Assembly: GCA_001949185.1 (NCBI GenBank)
Contig: BDGG01000006.1
Location: 2,214,827 to 2,278,826 of the forward strand
Direction: 5' to 3'
Origin: Ramazzottius varieornatus
Taxonomy: Eukaryota > Animalia > Tardigrada
Length of the DNA: 64,000 bases
In this document: one piece after another, positions 25,551-38,734 of the stretch
Layout of the letters: each line of letters begins with the position of its first letter
Numbering within the stretch: position 1 is the stretch's first letter
Made by a program: the position numbers and the translations under genes
The notes under the pieces: model-generated
What the model was told of the DNA's origin: nothing
Database searches by the model: none
The model's input: the letters and a program-made list of their open reading frames with translations, nothing else

Positions 25551-28500
25551 TCAGCAGTATAAAACATTCTTCGGGGAGGTAAACAATGGATCTTTGCCGT
25601 CAAAGTTTGAAGCATGGTTGGAAGGAACAACGAGCAGTGTATCGTTACGATGGCCCTGGACCTCGTCTTCATAGCACACAACTTCTACAGGCTCAATTCT
25701 GGTAGCCACAAATTCTGGCTGATTTCTATAGACAGGCGAACGGAAGACAGGCACGAAAGATGTGTGAAAAGAGAATTCATTTCGAGAGTCGACGTCGTTG
25801 TTCGACGGCGCCGAGATGGGAGCTCGCTTGACTGGTGCTGAGCGTTGATTGGGTGGTGCAATGATCGGACTTCGCTTCACCGAACGCTCTTGATCTACAG
25901 GAGCTGTGACTGGACTTCGTTTGACGTGCCCGTTGTGATTTGAGTTCTCCATCATCGGACTTCGATCAATCGGGGATTGTTGATTGGATGCCTCTGGCAG
26001 AGAACTTCGTTTGACTTCGACTGAACTCTTCTTCGCTGATGCTACTCTTGACGTCCTGGGTTTCTCTTTCCGCACTTCCGGTTCAGGTGACGACACTAGA
26101 TCTTCATCTACGTCTTCGAGATCCGGAATATCGCCGTCGAAGGTTTTCGGCAGAGGAAGGTCGTCCAGAAAGCGCTGCATGTGAGGCGTGATCAGAGGCG
26201 GATTCGGCATCTCAGCTCGAAGGAGCTTCAAGGCTTTCCGTTCTCGCCTCCTTTCTCTCTTGATCATTTTGTCTGTTTTCTTCTTGATCTTTTTCTCTTC
26301 TTTCTTCTTGCACTTCATCAGAACTGAACGAAGCTCGTCTTCTTTTTTCGAGAGCATACTTCTAAACTCTTCTTCCTTGTGCATTTCTCTCAACCGTTCT
26401 TCCTCCTTCCGGCGCTGTTCTTCAGCTTCTTGTCTTTTTCGCTCAATTTCCACAACTTCCGCTTGGCGCTTTTCCTGAAAATACCACCAATAAAGAGCGC
26501 CTTCTGACAGAAAATTCTCTTCAGGATGTTTCGGCATACCTTTAGTCTATCAAAGACGAAAGTGAGAAGCCGGATGCTTTCCAGTTGCCTCTGAGCAATG
26601 AGCAACTTTCGTTCCTCAACGGCCACTTCGTGCTGTCTCTGTTTGTCTTCCGCCTTTTTTCTTCGTTCTTCGGCGCGTCTCTCTCGAGCTGCTCGCCGTT
26701 GTCGTCGTCGCTCTTCGCGTTCTAAGCGTTTCTGTTCCTGGATACGAAGCTCTTCCGCCTTTCTCTGCCTGCAAGCCGAACAGAAAGTCCAAAGCCAAAA
26801 CTAACCGTACAAACTAGAATTTCGATCATTTTTGATATTAATTTTGTTTTGATATAAAAGGGCTCTCATCACCAAACTCTGTGTCCTTACTCTTCAATAA
26901 CTCTGCGCTTTTCGGCTTCTTCCGCCTCGTGTTTCTCCTTCAGTTCCTTCTCCTTCTGAAGCCTCCTCCACTCCGCCCGATCGATCCTCCTTTTCCTCAA
27001 ATGCTTGTCGCTCATATGCTGCGTTCTGTCAAAATCCAACTACCAAAAAACGTTATTTTAACGCAAACAATATTAGCAGGAAGAGAAACCAAGAGTAATA
27101 CTTTGAAGTTGACTGTCAAAGACTTATCTTCGCCTTCTTTCCGCAGTAGCTTCATCCCATACAGACTGGTCATGCACTTGACGAAGCCCGCGTACTCCGT
27201 AAACTGGATATACGCGTCGAACACCAGCTCGTGGCCCAACGTTAGCAAGCTATTCACCAGAACATTCGGTTTCGAACTGTTTCTCGCTGGATCGAGTAGA
27301 GGAACGTCGACAGCTCTCAGCTTCCCGAACGCCTCAAAGACTTCCTTCAGTTTCGTGGCCGACGGCATTGTTTTATCTGTCTCTTTCTTATTGTCTGTCG
27401 TGTTTACTGTGCTCTTGGTTTGGTTTTTTGTGTAAGCTTCTGCAATGGTTGTTCTGGCAAACCACTTGCAGGGAAGATTCTGGAGGATGACGGTGTCCGG
27501 ACGTTCACCAGGCTTCAGCTCGTTGAGATTCGTGGCGTCGCGGAAGAAGGCTGTCCAGTCGTGCCGTTGAGGGAAGTTCAGCTTGGCTTCTGCGCAGCTG
27601 ACTTTGAGCCCTTCGGAGAATCCACTCAGCTTGATGGTACATCCTTCCAGCAGCCGGACGACTTTGACCATCAGATCTTTGTTGTCCACTTCGCCTTCGT
27701 AGCGAATAACCTGTCAACAACGCTTACAACGGCACAGTTAGCAGATAGTACAATGGTCACCGCACCAATCATACAAGTAGTGCAACAAGCTCCACCCATC
27801 GGCCAACCGTACCACGTGGTCCCACGCTGCTGCAGTTGCGACTACATGACGGGAAGCCAAGGTGCGGCGACCACACTACGCGGCTCCGCCCTGTTGAAGG
27901 GACGTCAAGCACTAGAGACGGGATAAGCGTGATTAAGTTCGGTTTGGTATATTTCGATTCGGTAAATCGTCACACTGAATCGAAAGTCTCGGTATGAAGT
28001 CCACACCGATATTTTCGGTTTGGTAAGTCGTCACACCGAAATTTCGATTTACCAAACCGGATCACACCGAAAAATCGGTAAACCAAAACATAAAAAATCT
28101 CTTGCTAACGAAAACACCAGACCGAGCTAGCCCAAAACGGGGAGTTCGTAAGCTATTTGGTGTGTCGTCAGACGGTAGAAGCGTTTTCACATACCGAGTG
28201 GTTTGGCTGACTAGCACCAAATACCGTGAAAAAGCCCGAAACTTTCCCGATATTGTTAAAAAATCGGTCAAATTCTTATCTTTCCGGGTCTTTCTGTATG
28301 TTTTGATTTACCTAAAGCTTTCGATTTGATATCAATCTGGTGTGAACGCACACCGAAATCGATTTTTCGGTGTGGGGCTGACACCGATGTTTTCGGTTTC
28401 GGTATCTTCTCACACCAAATCGAAAAGTTCGATTTAGTTTCGATGAATTTCGGTAAATCATACTTATCCCCTCTATCAAGCACCACTTCAGCAGGACAGT

Positions 28501-28894
28501 AATGTGAACAACAAACCAATCAACAAGTTCAATCCATCTTGCAACGCTCAAACAATCGAGGTATATTTCTAATCACAGTACCTCCAGTGAGCTGCTGACG
28601 ACTTTCATCACGCTGAATACGTGTGGCCTAGCCAGACTCTTGACTTTCTCCATGACTTCCCAGTTTGAGATGGCTTTTCCTTCATAGCCCGGACGGACAG
28701 AGTTCGTGGCGAGAGATTTGGGCAAGCGAACGTCGACAGCAACGCGAGCGATGGGCTTCAGGTACAGCGCAGATGGCTCGCACAGTGGTATGATGTCCGT
28801 CAGATCGGTGCATTGCTGCACCAGTGCCGACGACTATAACAGTCAAACTATCAAGCAGGAAACACACAGCTGAATTCCAACGTTATCTTACCAT
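25551..28894 (-). CDS. AKAP17A: A-kinase anchor protein 17A / XE7 splicing factor; exons 28894-28892 (ATG only), 28833-28582, 27710-27102, 27039-26891, 26768-26540, 26474-25551
   Basis: LYLKPIARV, ISNWEVMEKVK, IKLSGF, FPQRHDWTAFFRDATNLNELKPGERPDTV..LPCKWF, FDAYIQFTEYAGFVKCM, DFDRTQHMSD, then an E/K/R coiled coil; splice phases are consistent. Confidence 0.93.
27913..28475. mobile_element. hAT-type MITE (563 bp) in an AKAP17A intron
   Basis: TIRs TAGAGACGGGATAAGCGTGATT / AATCATACTTATCCCCTCTA; perfect 8-bp TSD TCAAGCAC at 27905-27912 and 28476-28483; many subterminal CACACCGAA/TTCGGT repeats. Confidence 0.92.
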
Positions 28895-30129
28895 CTTTCC
28901 AGGTTAAAACGGAACGTCGGCGAGGAATACCAGAGGACGGTCAAACTAGCCAAGGACAATCACCATGCGCATCTTTCGATCTTCCCATCGTCCAGTTCAC
29001 GGACGGTGGTTGTGGAGCCCCCTGTCGATGGAATCTGAAGTCAGAACCTACAAACATCGATCTGCTACCGTCAAAGACTCCAACGCAGTTGGTGAAGACA
29101 GAAATACGCAAGAGAAGAGAAAGACAAGAAGTTCAAGAATGATGGGAAAAGGTTAAAAATTCACGAAGTTTCCTTACTGTTGTTTCTAAGTGCATGTCGT
29201 CTTCCATGTCTTGCGCAACAACACAATGCGCACAGGCCGTGACAGCTTGTGCCTCGATCCGGTGCATCCGTGCGCACTGTGCACCATACCAACTGACTTC
29301 ATCGCGAGATGCCGACCTGAGACTGAGTGACGCCACTGTAGCACGAAGCCCGACGCGATTTCCTCCTCTTCATCCACAGCCGAAGCCTATGGAGGCTCTC
29401 TGCAGTCTGCACCGTGCTTGGCATCGTCTTCATCGACAGATTCAGCACAAGCAGCCTCCTGCGATCTGCGTCCAACATCAGCCAGCTGCATCTGCAGTGC
29501 GGGATTGAGAGAGTGGCAAGTTGCACATGGGAGCAGGCAGGTATCGCCTTTCGTTCCTTTTCTTTAGAATTGTTTCTTCCCCAACTCAACATATTGCTCC
29601 ACTGCAGTTGAACAAGTTGCTCTTTTTCTGCCCTGTTTAATCCACTTCTGAATTATCAAGAGACTCGTTGAGCCCACATCCCGTAAGCATCCGTGTGATG
29701 TCTTTTCAAGCAGCAGCCGGAAATTTTGACAACCTATAATAACAACTCGAACACATTCCGAAGCTGAATTTCCCTGAACGGAAAAGGACCCGTACACCCT
29801 GGGGTAAGCAATGGTCGTTCAACGTCACGTGACAGTTTTCTTCTGCGGATCGCAAGTCCACTTGTGCCAGATTAGATCTTTACAGCGTTAGGGATTTTCA
29901 ATTATGAGAAACGTGGTGAGAAAGTAATCAAGGAAACAAGCTTGGCTTTTCGCCGAACGACACGCGCCCTGTATTATTGCTTTTTACGATCCGGTCGTTA
30001 AGACGGCTTTATGGGAGATTTGAATCGATAAAGTCAGCATGAGGAGACTATGGGTTTCAAGCTGACGTATTGATTTTCCCTCTCGTTTGTAGTGTGAGAG
30101 AAAAAAAGCATTGCTGTAAAGTGGAAAAG

Positions 30130-31491
30130 ATGATGAACAGTGGCATGATGAACACGGCTGGCGCTTACGGGGCAGGCAAAGCCGGTGCACCCTTCGACCT
30201 GATGACTTTCATCCGCCGCCCGGCTGTCATCCTACGGCTTGTCGCCATCCTGTTCTCCATCATCGTCTTTGGCTGCCTGGCTTCCGAAGGCTACATGGAA
30301 GACAAATGCATTATGAACGAAAGTAATGCTTGTGGCTTCGGGGTCTTTGTCGGTGTCATTGGTTTCCTCGGAAGGTACGATCGTAAGGCACAACTATGCC
30401 TACTTCATGGTTTCTTGTACCGGTACCTGTAGTTGGAAACAACACCTTGTTCCTGTGCATATCGTTCCTTATGCAAACGAACACAGCCTACAATCATACG
30501 TAATATGCAGTCCAAATTTTATGAAGCTCACCCTAATGCAGACATTACGATAAGCTCTCTTACGTGGAACGTGTTACATAGAATGAGCGAAATATCCACC
30601 GTTAAACAAGTGGGTTTCGACGGCTCAGTTTTGATACGAACTTTTTTGCTGCCAAAGTACACTTTTTTGACATCAGAGTATTCAGAGTACTCAAGGGCTT
30701 CGCGTGGTGGAGTCGCCACGCTTCGTCACGGATAGAAGTTTCACAAAACTGTTCGCCCTTCTGAGAAGATCTTGCCGAATAATCCAGCGGTGATTAGTAG
30801 CTGAAGCACCCCCACATGGGGGTTTATTGTCAGAACAGATGCAGACGCACATTTGGGGCTGTATGATGTCATCGTGACGTCAAAACTTTGTTGGTCGAAA
30901 CTTCGAATCACTTCAGAGTTTTCTGACAGTCATCTGACCAGTGGTCTCCTCAACAATTAGACTGTGGAACGTTCGTATTAAAATTGGGCCGCCGATCTAG
31001 ATCTAGAGTGCTATGTGCTAAATAGACGTCTTATGCACTTTACGTGTTTCAGTGTGGGGTTGCTGGTTTTGGAATGGCGCTTCGAGCAGATATCCAGTGT
31101 AAAGATTCGTCGGCGAGCTGTCCTTGGCGATCTCGGGTTCACCGCAGCCTGGGCATTCTTCTGGTTCATCGGTTTCTGTTACATGGCGAATCAATGGTCG
31201 AAGACGGAAGAAGACGCCACCGTTGCCGACTACGGCGAGACCAACGCTCAGGCCGCCGTGGCCTTCTCCTTCTTCAGCATTCCGGTCTGGTTGGCCCTGG
31301 CATACCTCACCTACCTCCGTTACCAACAAGGAGTGGCTAACGCCTTCAACCCTGGCTTCGAAAGCGACGCGGCTGGTGGCATGCCCAGAGGCGGTTACAG
31401 TAGTTACCCCGGTGCCCCGGACGATCACTACCAGGATGCGCCGTTCGCTTCACCCGGACAGAATCAAGGGTTCCAGTCACCCGCATATTAG
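30130..31491 (+). CDS. SYNGR: Synaptogyrin (MARVEL domain); exons 30130-30374, 31053-31491
   Basis: GAYGAGKAGAPFD, FSIIVFGC..SEGY, ACGFGVFVGVIGFL, FEQISSVKIRRRAVLGDLGF, FCYMANQWSKT, AAVAFSFFSI, C-terminal QSPAY; phase-2 intron. Confidence 0.96.
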
Positions 31492-31600
31492 ATGACCGTC
31501 ACCATGAACCAGGAAAACGAATCGCATTTATGGATGCTCCAGAAGTGTTGAGGAAGACATTCAACTACGGTCTACTTGTGGAAGAGCCACCCGGTGTCAA

Positions 31601-32244
31601 TGTTGCATGTCGTCCTGTGATAAATTCACGATCTTCAGTTCTTGTCCCCTGAGTATTTCGTAGTCTAAGGGTAATACTTAAGTGTCTGAAAAGCTCGCGG
31701 CGACACGAATTAATTTACAGTGTATAATAAGTTATGTCATGAGTTATGCAATAGGTAATGTCGTTCCAGAACGAACCATCACCCCAGAGTTGACCACTTC
31801 GACTATAGCTATGGAACTATCTACGAGTTCCCACATTTTTGTTTATCATTCATGTGTAAGTAAAGTCTCAAAACACTACAGCTCACCGTACATGTTGGTA
31901 GAACGAATACATGCTCCACCAACATGTATTCGTTCCACCAACATGTCCAACATGTACGGTGAGCTGTAGTGTTTTGAGACTTTACTTACACATGAATGAT
32001 AAACAAAAATGTGGGAACTCGTAGATAGTTCCATAGCTATAGTCGAAGTGGTCAACTCTGGGGTGATGGTTCGTTCTGGAACGACATTACCTATTGCATA
32101 ACTCATGACATAACTTATTATACACTGTAAATTAATTCGTGTCGCCGCGAGCTTTTCAGACACTTAAGTATTACCCTTAGACTACGAAATACTCAGGGGA
32201 CAAGAACTGAAGATCGTGAATTTATCACAGGACGACATGCAACA
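31601..32244. repeat. Inverted duplication of about 300 bp (arms about 31601-31898 and 31947-32244) abutting the N gap
   Basis: The arms read as exact reverse complements and give mirror-image 95-aa ORFs; the centre holds copies of the 19-bp minisatellite. Confidence 0.95.
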
Positions 32245-32294
32245 NNNNNNNNNNNNNNNNNNNNNNNNNNNNNNNNNNNNNNNNNNNNNNNNNN
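32245..32294. other. Assembly gap (50 N)
   Basis: Run of N. Confidence 1.
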
Positions 32295-32363
32295 TACATG
32301 TTGGTGGAACGAATACATGTTGGTGGAACGAATACATGTTGGTGGAACGAATACATGTTGGTG
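32295..32363. repeat. 19-bp minisatellite TACATGTTGGTGGAACGAA, about 3.6 copies visible
   Basis: Direct tandem copies without spacers; the same unit occurs at 31889-31955. Confidence 0.95.
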
Positions 32364-33974
32364 TAACTAGTGAAAAATAAAATTACTAAAAACAGATGTT
32401 GGTGTCGTCCAACCGGAGCACCCATATCTGGAAAAGTCGCTGATTGCCGACCTTGATAACTTAAAGTATTGTATCTTCCGAGATTTTAAGATTTTATTGG
32501 TTTTTGTTTTCAGATTTCAAATGTAAAAAAACGAAACGAAGCGTAGCACAAGGTAGACTTCGTGGTTTCGAGTATCCAAAATATAAAAAATTTCTTCTAG
32601 ACCGCGGGAGAACGGAAAGGTTCCCTCACGGGATCCGCTGTTCGAGTCTGAACTGCATGTGGTGAACCACAGTCTAACCTTTTCCGCCAAAGTGGCTTAC
32701 CCGCCGTCCCGCGGTCCATCCATCGCGTCGAGATACCTTCAAATGCAGGACTAATTGGTTCGTGGGGTGCCTCCTACTTTGTCAAATTACCACGTAGTAC
32801 CAGAGAGGATTAGTCTGATTCGTGGTCTGCAGATCTTATCCTTCGGCTCCGGTGTACTTGGACATGTACCTCGAAGCTTGATGGTAATCCAGCTGCAAAA
32901 TATCCATATCGGAGTGCTCGACCAAGAAACTATAAGCAGAGCATGTGCCGGCGACACCTGTATGCCGATTTCCCGCCCGCGGCCCCCTGCATTGTTCTTC
33001 CTGTTTGAATTTCCTAGTCTTTGACCTACCGGTTTATCTCGACGGAGCCGATCCGTAAATCCGTGTAAAGATCTCGGGAGAAGTGAGTAACATCCTTCGC
33101 AGGTCTGAAGTTCACGCGAGGAGACATGACTCTGCTCGCAACATCAAACGTAGTCTTGGATCCTCGGTCGACCTTGCCTGGAAGATTTAATATCTGTTCA
33201 ACATGGACAACAATTCATCGTGGCTGACAATCTCAACCGTCGTTATTCCGTTACACGCTCTCATGCTGAGCAGCTCAACCACGACTTCAACAAAATGGGT
33301 CGATCTTCCGAGCAGTTTTCCGTGTCAGCTGCGACATCGCGGCGCTCTTTCTCTCGATGCCTTCCTGCTGTTCCTCATCTACGAAGACCACAACTACCGG
33401 ACCTGTTTTCGTGTCTCCATTGCAGACCTGTACTACGTCAACCTTTTCTACGTGCACGTGGTCAGTTTCGCCTTCACCATGGCCAACACTTGGGTTGCAG
33501 TTTCCGGAGCACCTCTATGGGTATATCGGGTCTCTATACGTTAAAAACAGCAACGCCCATTTGCCCATCGCCATCAACCATGCATGGGCCACAACCTTCC
33601 CCGTTACTAACCTTTGGTTGACAATGGCTGCCACTTAATTTATGACCACTGGTCTAGTGAATGTCTTCAAGAAATTCGCCGGCCGTGTGCCAGTGCAACC
33701 TAGTCTAACTTGAAGGAACAGTTTACAGCGAACAGCGCGAGGGTCTCCGGCCCTTTCCTGCAGAGCAGATTTTGAGACGTAATTGCTAGGCAGTATTGCC
33801 GCGTAAATAGTGACGGGTTTTTCAAAATCGTATTCTTCGTCATGGCAAAACACCAAAACAGAGATTCACACAGCATGTGAATAATATATTGTGATTGTGT
33901 CTTGTATTAATCGGCATTGAAAAACTTCAATATACATTTCTTGTTACGACGTACTACAAACAGAAGGCCTCAAG

Positions 33975-34973
33975 ATGCGTTTGAGATTGTCGGATTTGTC
34001 AATCAGTATTGGTACCTTGAGGGCTGCCGTTTCTTCAGAAGGCTTTCTTGCTGTATGGCTGGTGATATCTTCAACTTCCTTCACCTTCGTCGCAGGTGAG
34101 CCGTAACTGTTTGTAACGAGCTTCTCCTATCCGTTGAATGTGTTAGAAGAGTTTAGTCTGCAGCTGTTACAAGGTGCATTGCTTGCTCTACCTATCATCT
34201 GGATCACCCTAATGACCTCTTGGAGCCCAACCAGAATGACCCAGGATGTCTGGCGTCAACCAGGGCTATCCTTGACACGTATACGAGAGGCTGCGTCAGT
34301 ATTAACCCCAAATACTCTGACTCCGGTGTTTCCGGATTGGGATGTCAAACTGTATATTTTATGGCTCCAGACGGAATTGCAGGTAACGGATATGAAACTT
34401 CGCCATATAAGCACTATAAGACAACAGTACGCATCGTCGAAATACTGCTATTGTTAAACATGCTCGTATGTTGTAGTCGAGAGAGCTTTTCGTGGATGCA
34501 TCATTATGGATGTGTTCGTAAAAGATGGCCTCAATGTAACTGCTGCTCGGTCACCCACTGGACACTGTTTTACACATCCGTTTGCCAATGGTGCCCAGTC
34601 CTGTGTTTGTGCGAGCGCGGAGGCCTGCAACAACAAACCTTTTATTGGGAAAAACATGATCAAACAATACGTTGCGTCATATGTCCGACCAGATGCACAA
34701 GGAAACCTGCCGACGGGCACGGGTACGGGCACGGGATCAGGTTCCGGTTCTAATCCTGGTGGTGGCGGAGGCGCGAGTGGAGGCGCCAGCGGAGGCGGAT
34801 CTGGAGATCCTTCTGGAAGCGGAGGTGGAAATGGTGGTGACAGTGTAGCACTGGATGCCAGTAATCAGACCGGTTCGGAGGCCGGTGGCAGCCAAGCCGG
34901 ATCGAGCGGTTGTGGGAAACTTTACGCGACTGCGGGATTCTGTGTGCTGGTTGTGTTTGCCACTTTGCTGTAG
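33975..34973 (+). CDS. GPI-anchored Ly6/uPAR three-finger (quiver/sleepless-like) protein with Gly/Ser-rich stalk; exons 33975-34095, 34164-34382, 34477-34973
   Basis: Hydrophobic leader; mature start TRCIACS; 10 Cys ending SCVCASAEACN; G/S-rich linker; C-terminal SSG plus hydrophobic tail (ATAGFCVLVVFATLL). Two phase-1 GT-AG introns. The start codon is less certain. Confidence 0.8.
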
Positions 34974-35396
34974 CGCTACATGACGAACTATTGCCAAGAA
35001 AAGCGAAAGTACGGGACCCTGTACACGGCGCCACAAATGGATACGAGTGGCGCGTGAGGATTTTTGAGAGAGCGAGCTTTTCGGTTGGACCGTTGTATTT
35101 GGATTAGACTGTCTTCCTCTCTATTGTCTGTCGAGAAAATTACTGTATTAACTGCATGTCCACCTTAGAAAGAATATCAAAAACCGTAATGCTACAGACT
35201 TCGTTTTCAAATTTATCACTGGGTACTCGAAGAAGTCAAACGTTGAGAGCATCTACTGTACATCCACAAAACAAAGCCAACCAAATTATGTTGACCGCCC
35301 TTCGTTCAAATTTGTCGATAGCTCGCAAACATTTACAAGAGTATATAGTACGGCTCATACTTATCTGCCTGTAGAATACTGCACACCCTCTTTGTT

Positions 35397-35870
35397 TCAG
35401 AAGGCAATTCCAAAGGTTCGTTGTACATGTGCCGTACCAAAAACGTTCAACGTTTCCGTATCAACATCGGGAATGACGCAGCATCCCGACAAGCATTCTT
35501 CCATGGTAGACTCAGAGACGGCACCGAAGACCGGCGAAGCAACAGCTAGGGCCGCTTTGTGTACAGGGATTTCTGTTCTAACCGAAGACTCGAACACGAA
35601 ATTCCGAATGATTTTAGAATCGTACGGGTGGGAGTACTCTGGTTAGAGCGAGCCTTCCAACGGGGTGCTTCTCTTTGGCTGGAATTCCATCTCGACCTCA
35701 GCACGCAGAGGGAGAGATCGTTTGTCAGCTGCATCTTTGGCTCTGGACCCCAAATTTCCAAGTGTTGGATGACGGAAGTTCCCTCGTACCGCGTACAGGT
35801 CGGAAGTTCGGATGCCGGGATATTCTTCCACCGTATGCAACGAAGTAATATGAAAGGCTTCTTCACTTAA
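35397..35870 (-). pseudogene. (MATH-)BTB, SPOP-like pseudogene fragment
   Basis: EIPVHKAALAVASPVFGAVSESTMEE...VIPDVDTETL is the BTB N-terminal signature; preceded by an in-frame stop and truncated. Confidence 0.75.
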
Positions 35871-36727
35871 TACCCACTGCTCTGTAATACATTAATTTTC
35901 ATCAAGATATTAATATTATCTCAGTTTTCACTAAAGGGGGTATGTGTTCGATGAAAGAAATGTTTTCTCGTGTGGCGATACGAGAAGCAAAACCAACGAA
36001 ATGAAGTTGCTCATCGGCAACGAACATCATCGAAAAGAATGTAGGCTATGTTGTGCAGAGAGGAGAAAGTACAGACAAGGAACCCGATATCGAGAACGAA
36101 AAGTCAAATAATGCGTAACAATGTGAAACGGCCGGAGCTCACGCGAGCAGGAAGGAAGGTGTGGTGTGATAGGAAAGGCAGTGGACAGTACACGTTAACC
36201 AACATCAAATTCAATGCAATTTTAACACCCTGATTACCACCGTACTCATTGTGTGTACAATACGGCACCTTTTCGCTCCCCATAATTTTCATTTTGCCTG
36301 GTTTGAACCAAACTTTTTTTCATTGCCTGGTCTGCGGTCGTATCACCGAAGCGCAGCTGATGACCACTGGTCAGTACAACTTCCACAGGCTGGAAAACAT
36401 CCTCACGATTTTGGTGAGTTTCGGGAGTATTTTAGGTTTCCTGTCGTTGCTCGAGATACATACCTACATCTGTTTAAAAAGATATGAAACACTAAGGAGA
36501 GCTTCCTCTACCGATACTAGGCTTGGGACAAACTTGGTGTCATCGGTGCGTCCAGAAAAAAAATCAAAACGGCCAAGGCTCCTTTTCCCACGTTGGCCTT
36601 TACGGCCTGCCAGTCTCAACAATTTCGAAATTTTGAAAGTTGTCTATTGGTTAATTTGGGTTACGCCTTCCAATTTCCTCCAGTTAAAGTCCTGTGCTCA
36701 CTGTGAGTACGCTGGTAATCTGCCGAC

Positions 36728-36880
36728 TAGAGCCCTGCAGCAGTAGCTGAAACCAGTGCTGCTTCTGCACTGCATCCGGTTTCCAGAAACGGCAACTGCA
36801 CTGCATCCGCAAATATTCTGCTGTTTTCCAAACTGCAACTGCACTGCACTGCACTGCATTTAAAATTCAGAAATTCTGCC
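36728..36880. repeat. CTGCACTGCAT repeat cluster, possible single end of a hAT-like MITE
   Basis: Starts TAGAGCCCTGCA and contains several (A)CTGCACTGCAT units; no partner end found. Confidence 0.4.
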
Positions 36881-38734
36881 TGCCAACGAAAATACATGTC
36901 GAACACATCGTAAACGTCGTTGTTTTACGGACTATTTGAGGTTCCGGTGATTATTCGGTAGATTTCGCAGTGGGAAATAAGGACAGCACGGTCAATTCGG
37001 TAAGTGGGCGTGGTGTCAGTTACTGTTACGCCCACTCCGTTAATTTGGGCTGCCAGACCCGGAAGTTATTTACTGTGGTCCATGGTTGAAAGACTGACGA
37101 GCCGGGCTGTGAGACCACACCGGTACGCTGGAAATAAACGGATAGTGGAACCGCAGTTTAGAATCTGCAGCTGATCGACCAAACATGATTGCTACTGCTA
37201 ATATGACGGTGGCTGCAAACCAAGTCACTACATCGGCTACTCTTTCCCTCATAATATACTGTACTTGCGATACACATGGACATACTCAAGGCTGTACTAA
37301 TGAAAAGTAACGCTGCGAGCTTATGCAAAAGCGGTGAAGATACCGCGTTTAACGATATCTCTGTGGAGGTAGGACAAAGCTTGAAGCTGTTTGCGTCTTT
37401 AACCGTTCATGTTCTAAATATGTATCGTTTCAGAAAAAAGTTACCTGGAGGCACTTTTAATGGACGACGTAAGCCGATGTACGAGCCAATAGAGAAAAGG
37501 GTCTATAAGGAAGTGATCAAAAGTGGGAATATTGGACTTCCGGTGCGATAGCGACGTTCGATCTTGGGCATTACAGTTCGCCAAGGCATTGAATATCCAC
37601 GGATTCAAAGCGTCTTGTGGTTGGATATCCAAGCTAACGAAGAAGTATCGTTTGACTTATCGAGCAATAACTAAGGTCGGACGAAAAACTACGAAGACTC
37701 CCGCAGACGAAGTAAGCCGAACACAAACTCCCTCGCTGGTTTTACCGTTTCCTGTAAATCTGTTGAGGCTTATTCTGTCTTTTGTTTGCTCGAATAGCTT
37801 GCCGAACATGTTTTCATGGAGCGGGTGGAAGAAATCGTCACTTTGGAGAAAACCCTTCCAAGCCGTATAATCAACTTCGACCAGACTAGTGTCCTCTTGC
37901 AAAACACGTACGGAAAGACTTTATCACCTGTTGGAGTCAAACAAGTCCATGTCGTTCAGCCAGTCGGTGAGAAGGAACGATTTACGGTAGGCCTAGCTGT
38001 GACGGGAGACGGACAGAAATTTCTAGCTGCGGTAGTTTTCAAAGGTGGAGTGAAGACTGGTCAGCTCTCGCGTACCATTCTAGCGAAGTTATTGGTTTCC
38101 GACAACGTCAACGTCTTTTCTACCCGAACTGCGTGGTGGAACTCTAGAATCGACCAAGACTGGATCGAGCAGTCTTTCTAACAGGACCAACCTGAACCGT
38201 TATTTCTACTTCGGGATCATTTCCCGGGTCACTTGAAGTTCGAAAGCGCAGAATTGTTGGACGAGAGAAACGTCGATCAGGTTTTCGTACCGAAAGGGAT
38301 GACGGGTACCTAACAACCGCTCGACGTTGGCATAAACGCACCCTTCAAAGCCAACCTTAAACGAGCGTATTATGAGTGGCGGAAAGAGCGTACGGAAGTC
38401 ACGACCAAAGGATACCTGCGGAAGCCGACTCGGCGAGACTTTGTCAACTTCGTTAGCAAAGCTTGAGAATCCATCAGACCGGAAACGATTGAGAATGCGT
38501 TCGTAGGAGCTCAAATTCTTCCGAAACCGACGTATATGCTTTCGAACAAGGAAGTTTTGGTTGAAAACGACAAACAGCTTCTGCAGTTCAGCTTTAGTTC
38601 GGTTGAAGAAGACAGTGATGCTGAAGTAGCGGAAGATTCCTCTTTGGAGTACAGCTTTTCGAATGATTATTGATTGAGTAAAACCGAAAAAGTTTGCCCC
38701 CGCCAGGTATAGTTTCCCAGCCTACAAGGGTATA

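Noticed and set aside
31682-32163. Two near-identical 95-aa ORFs on opposite strands
   Set aside because: By-product of the inverted duplication; GTG starts and no coding features.
32295-32363. Short direct repeats resembling a CRISPR array
   Set aside because: No spacers, 19-bp head-to-tail units, eukaryotic context, no cas genes.
32755-33640. Coding-like fragments, possibly an F-box-type pseudogene
   Set aside because: No motif I can support; frames are fragmented.
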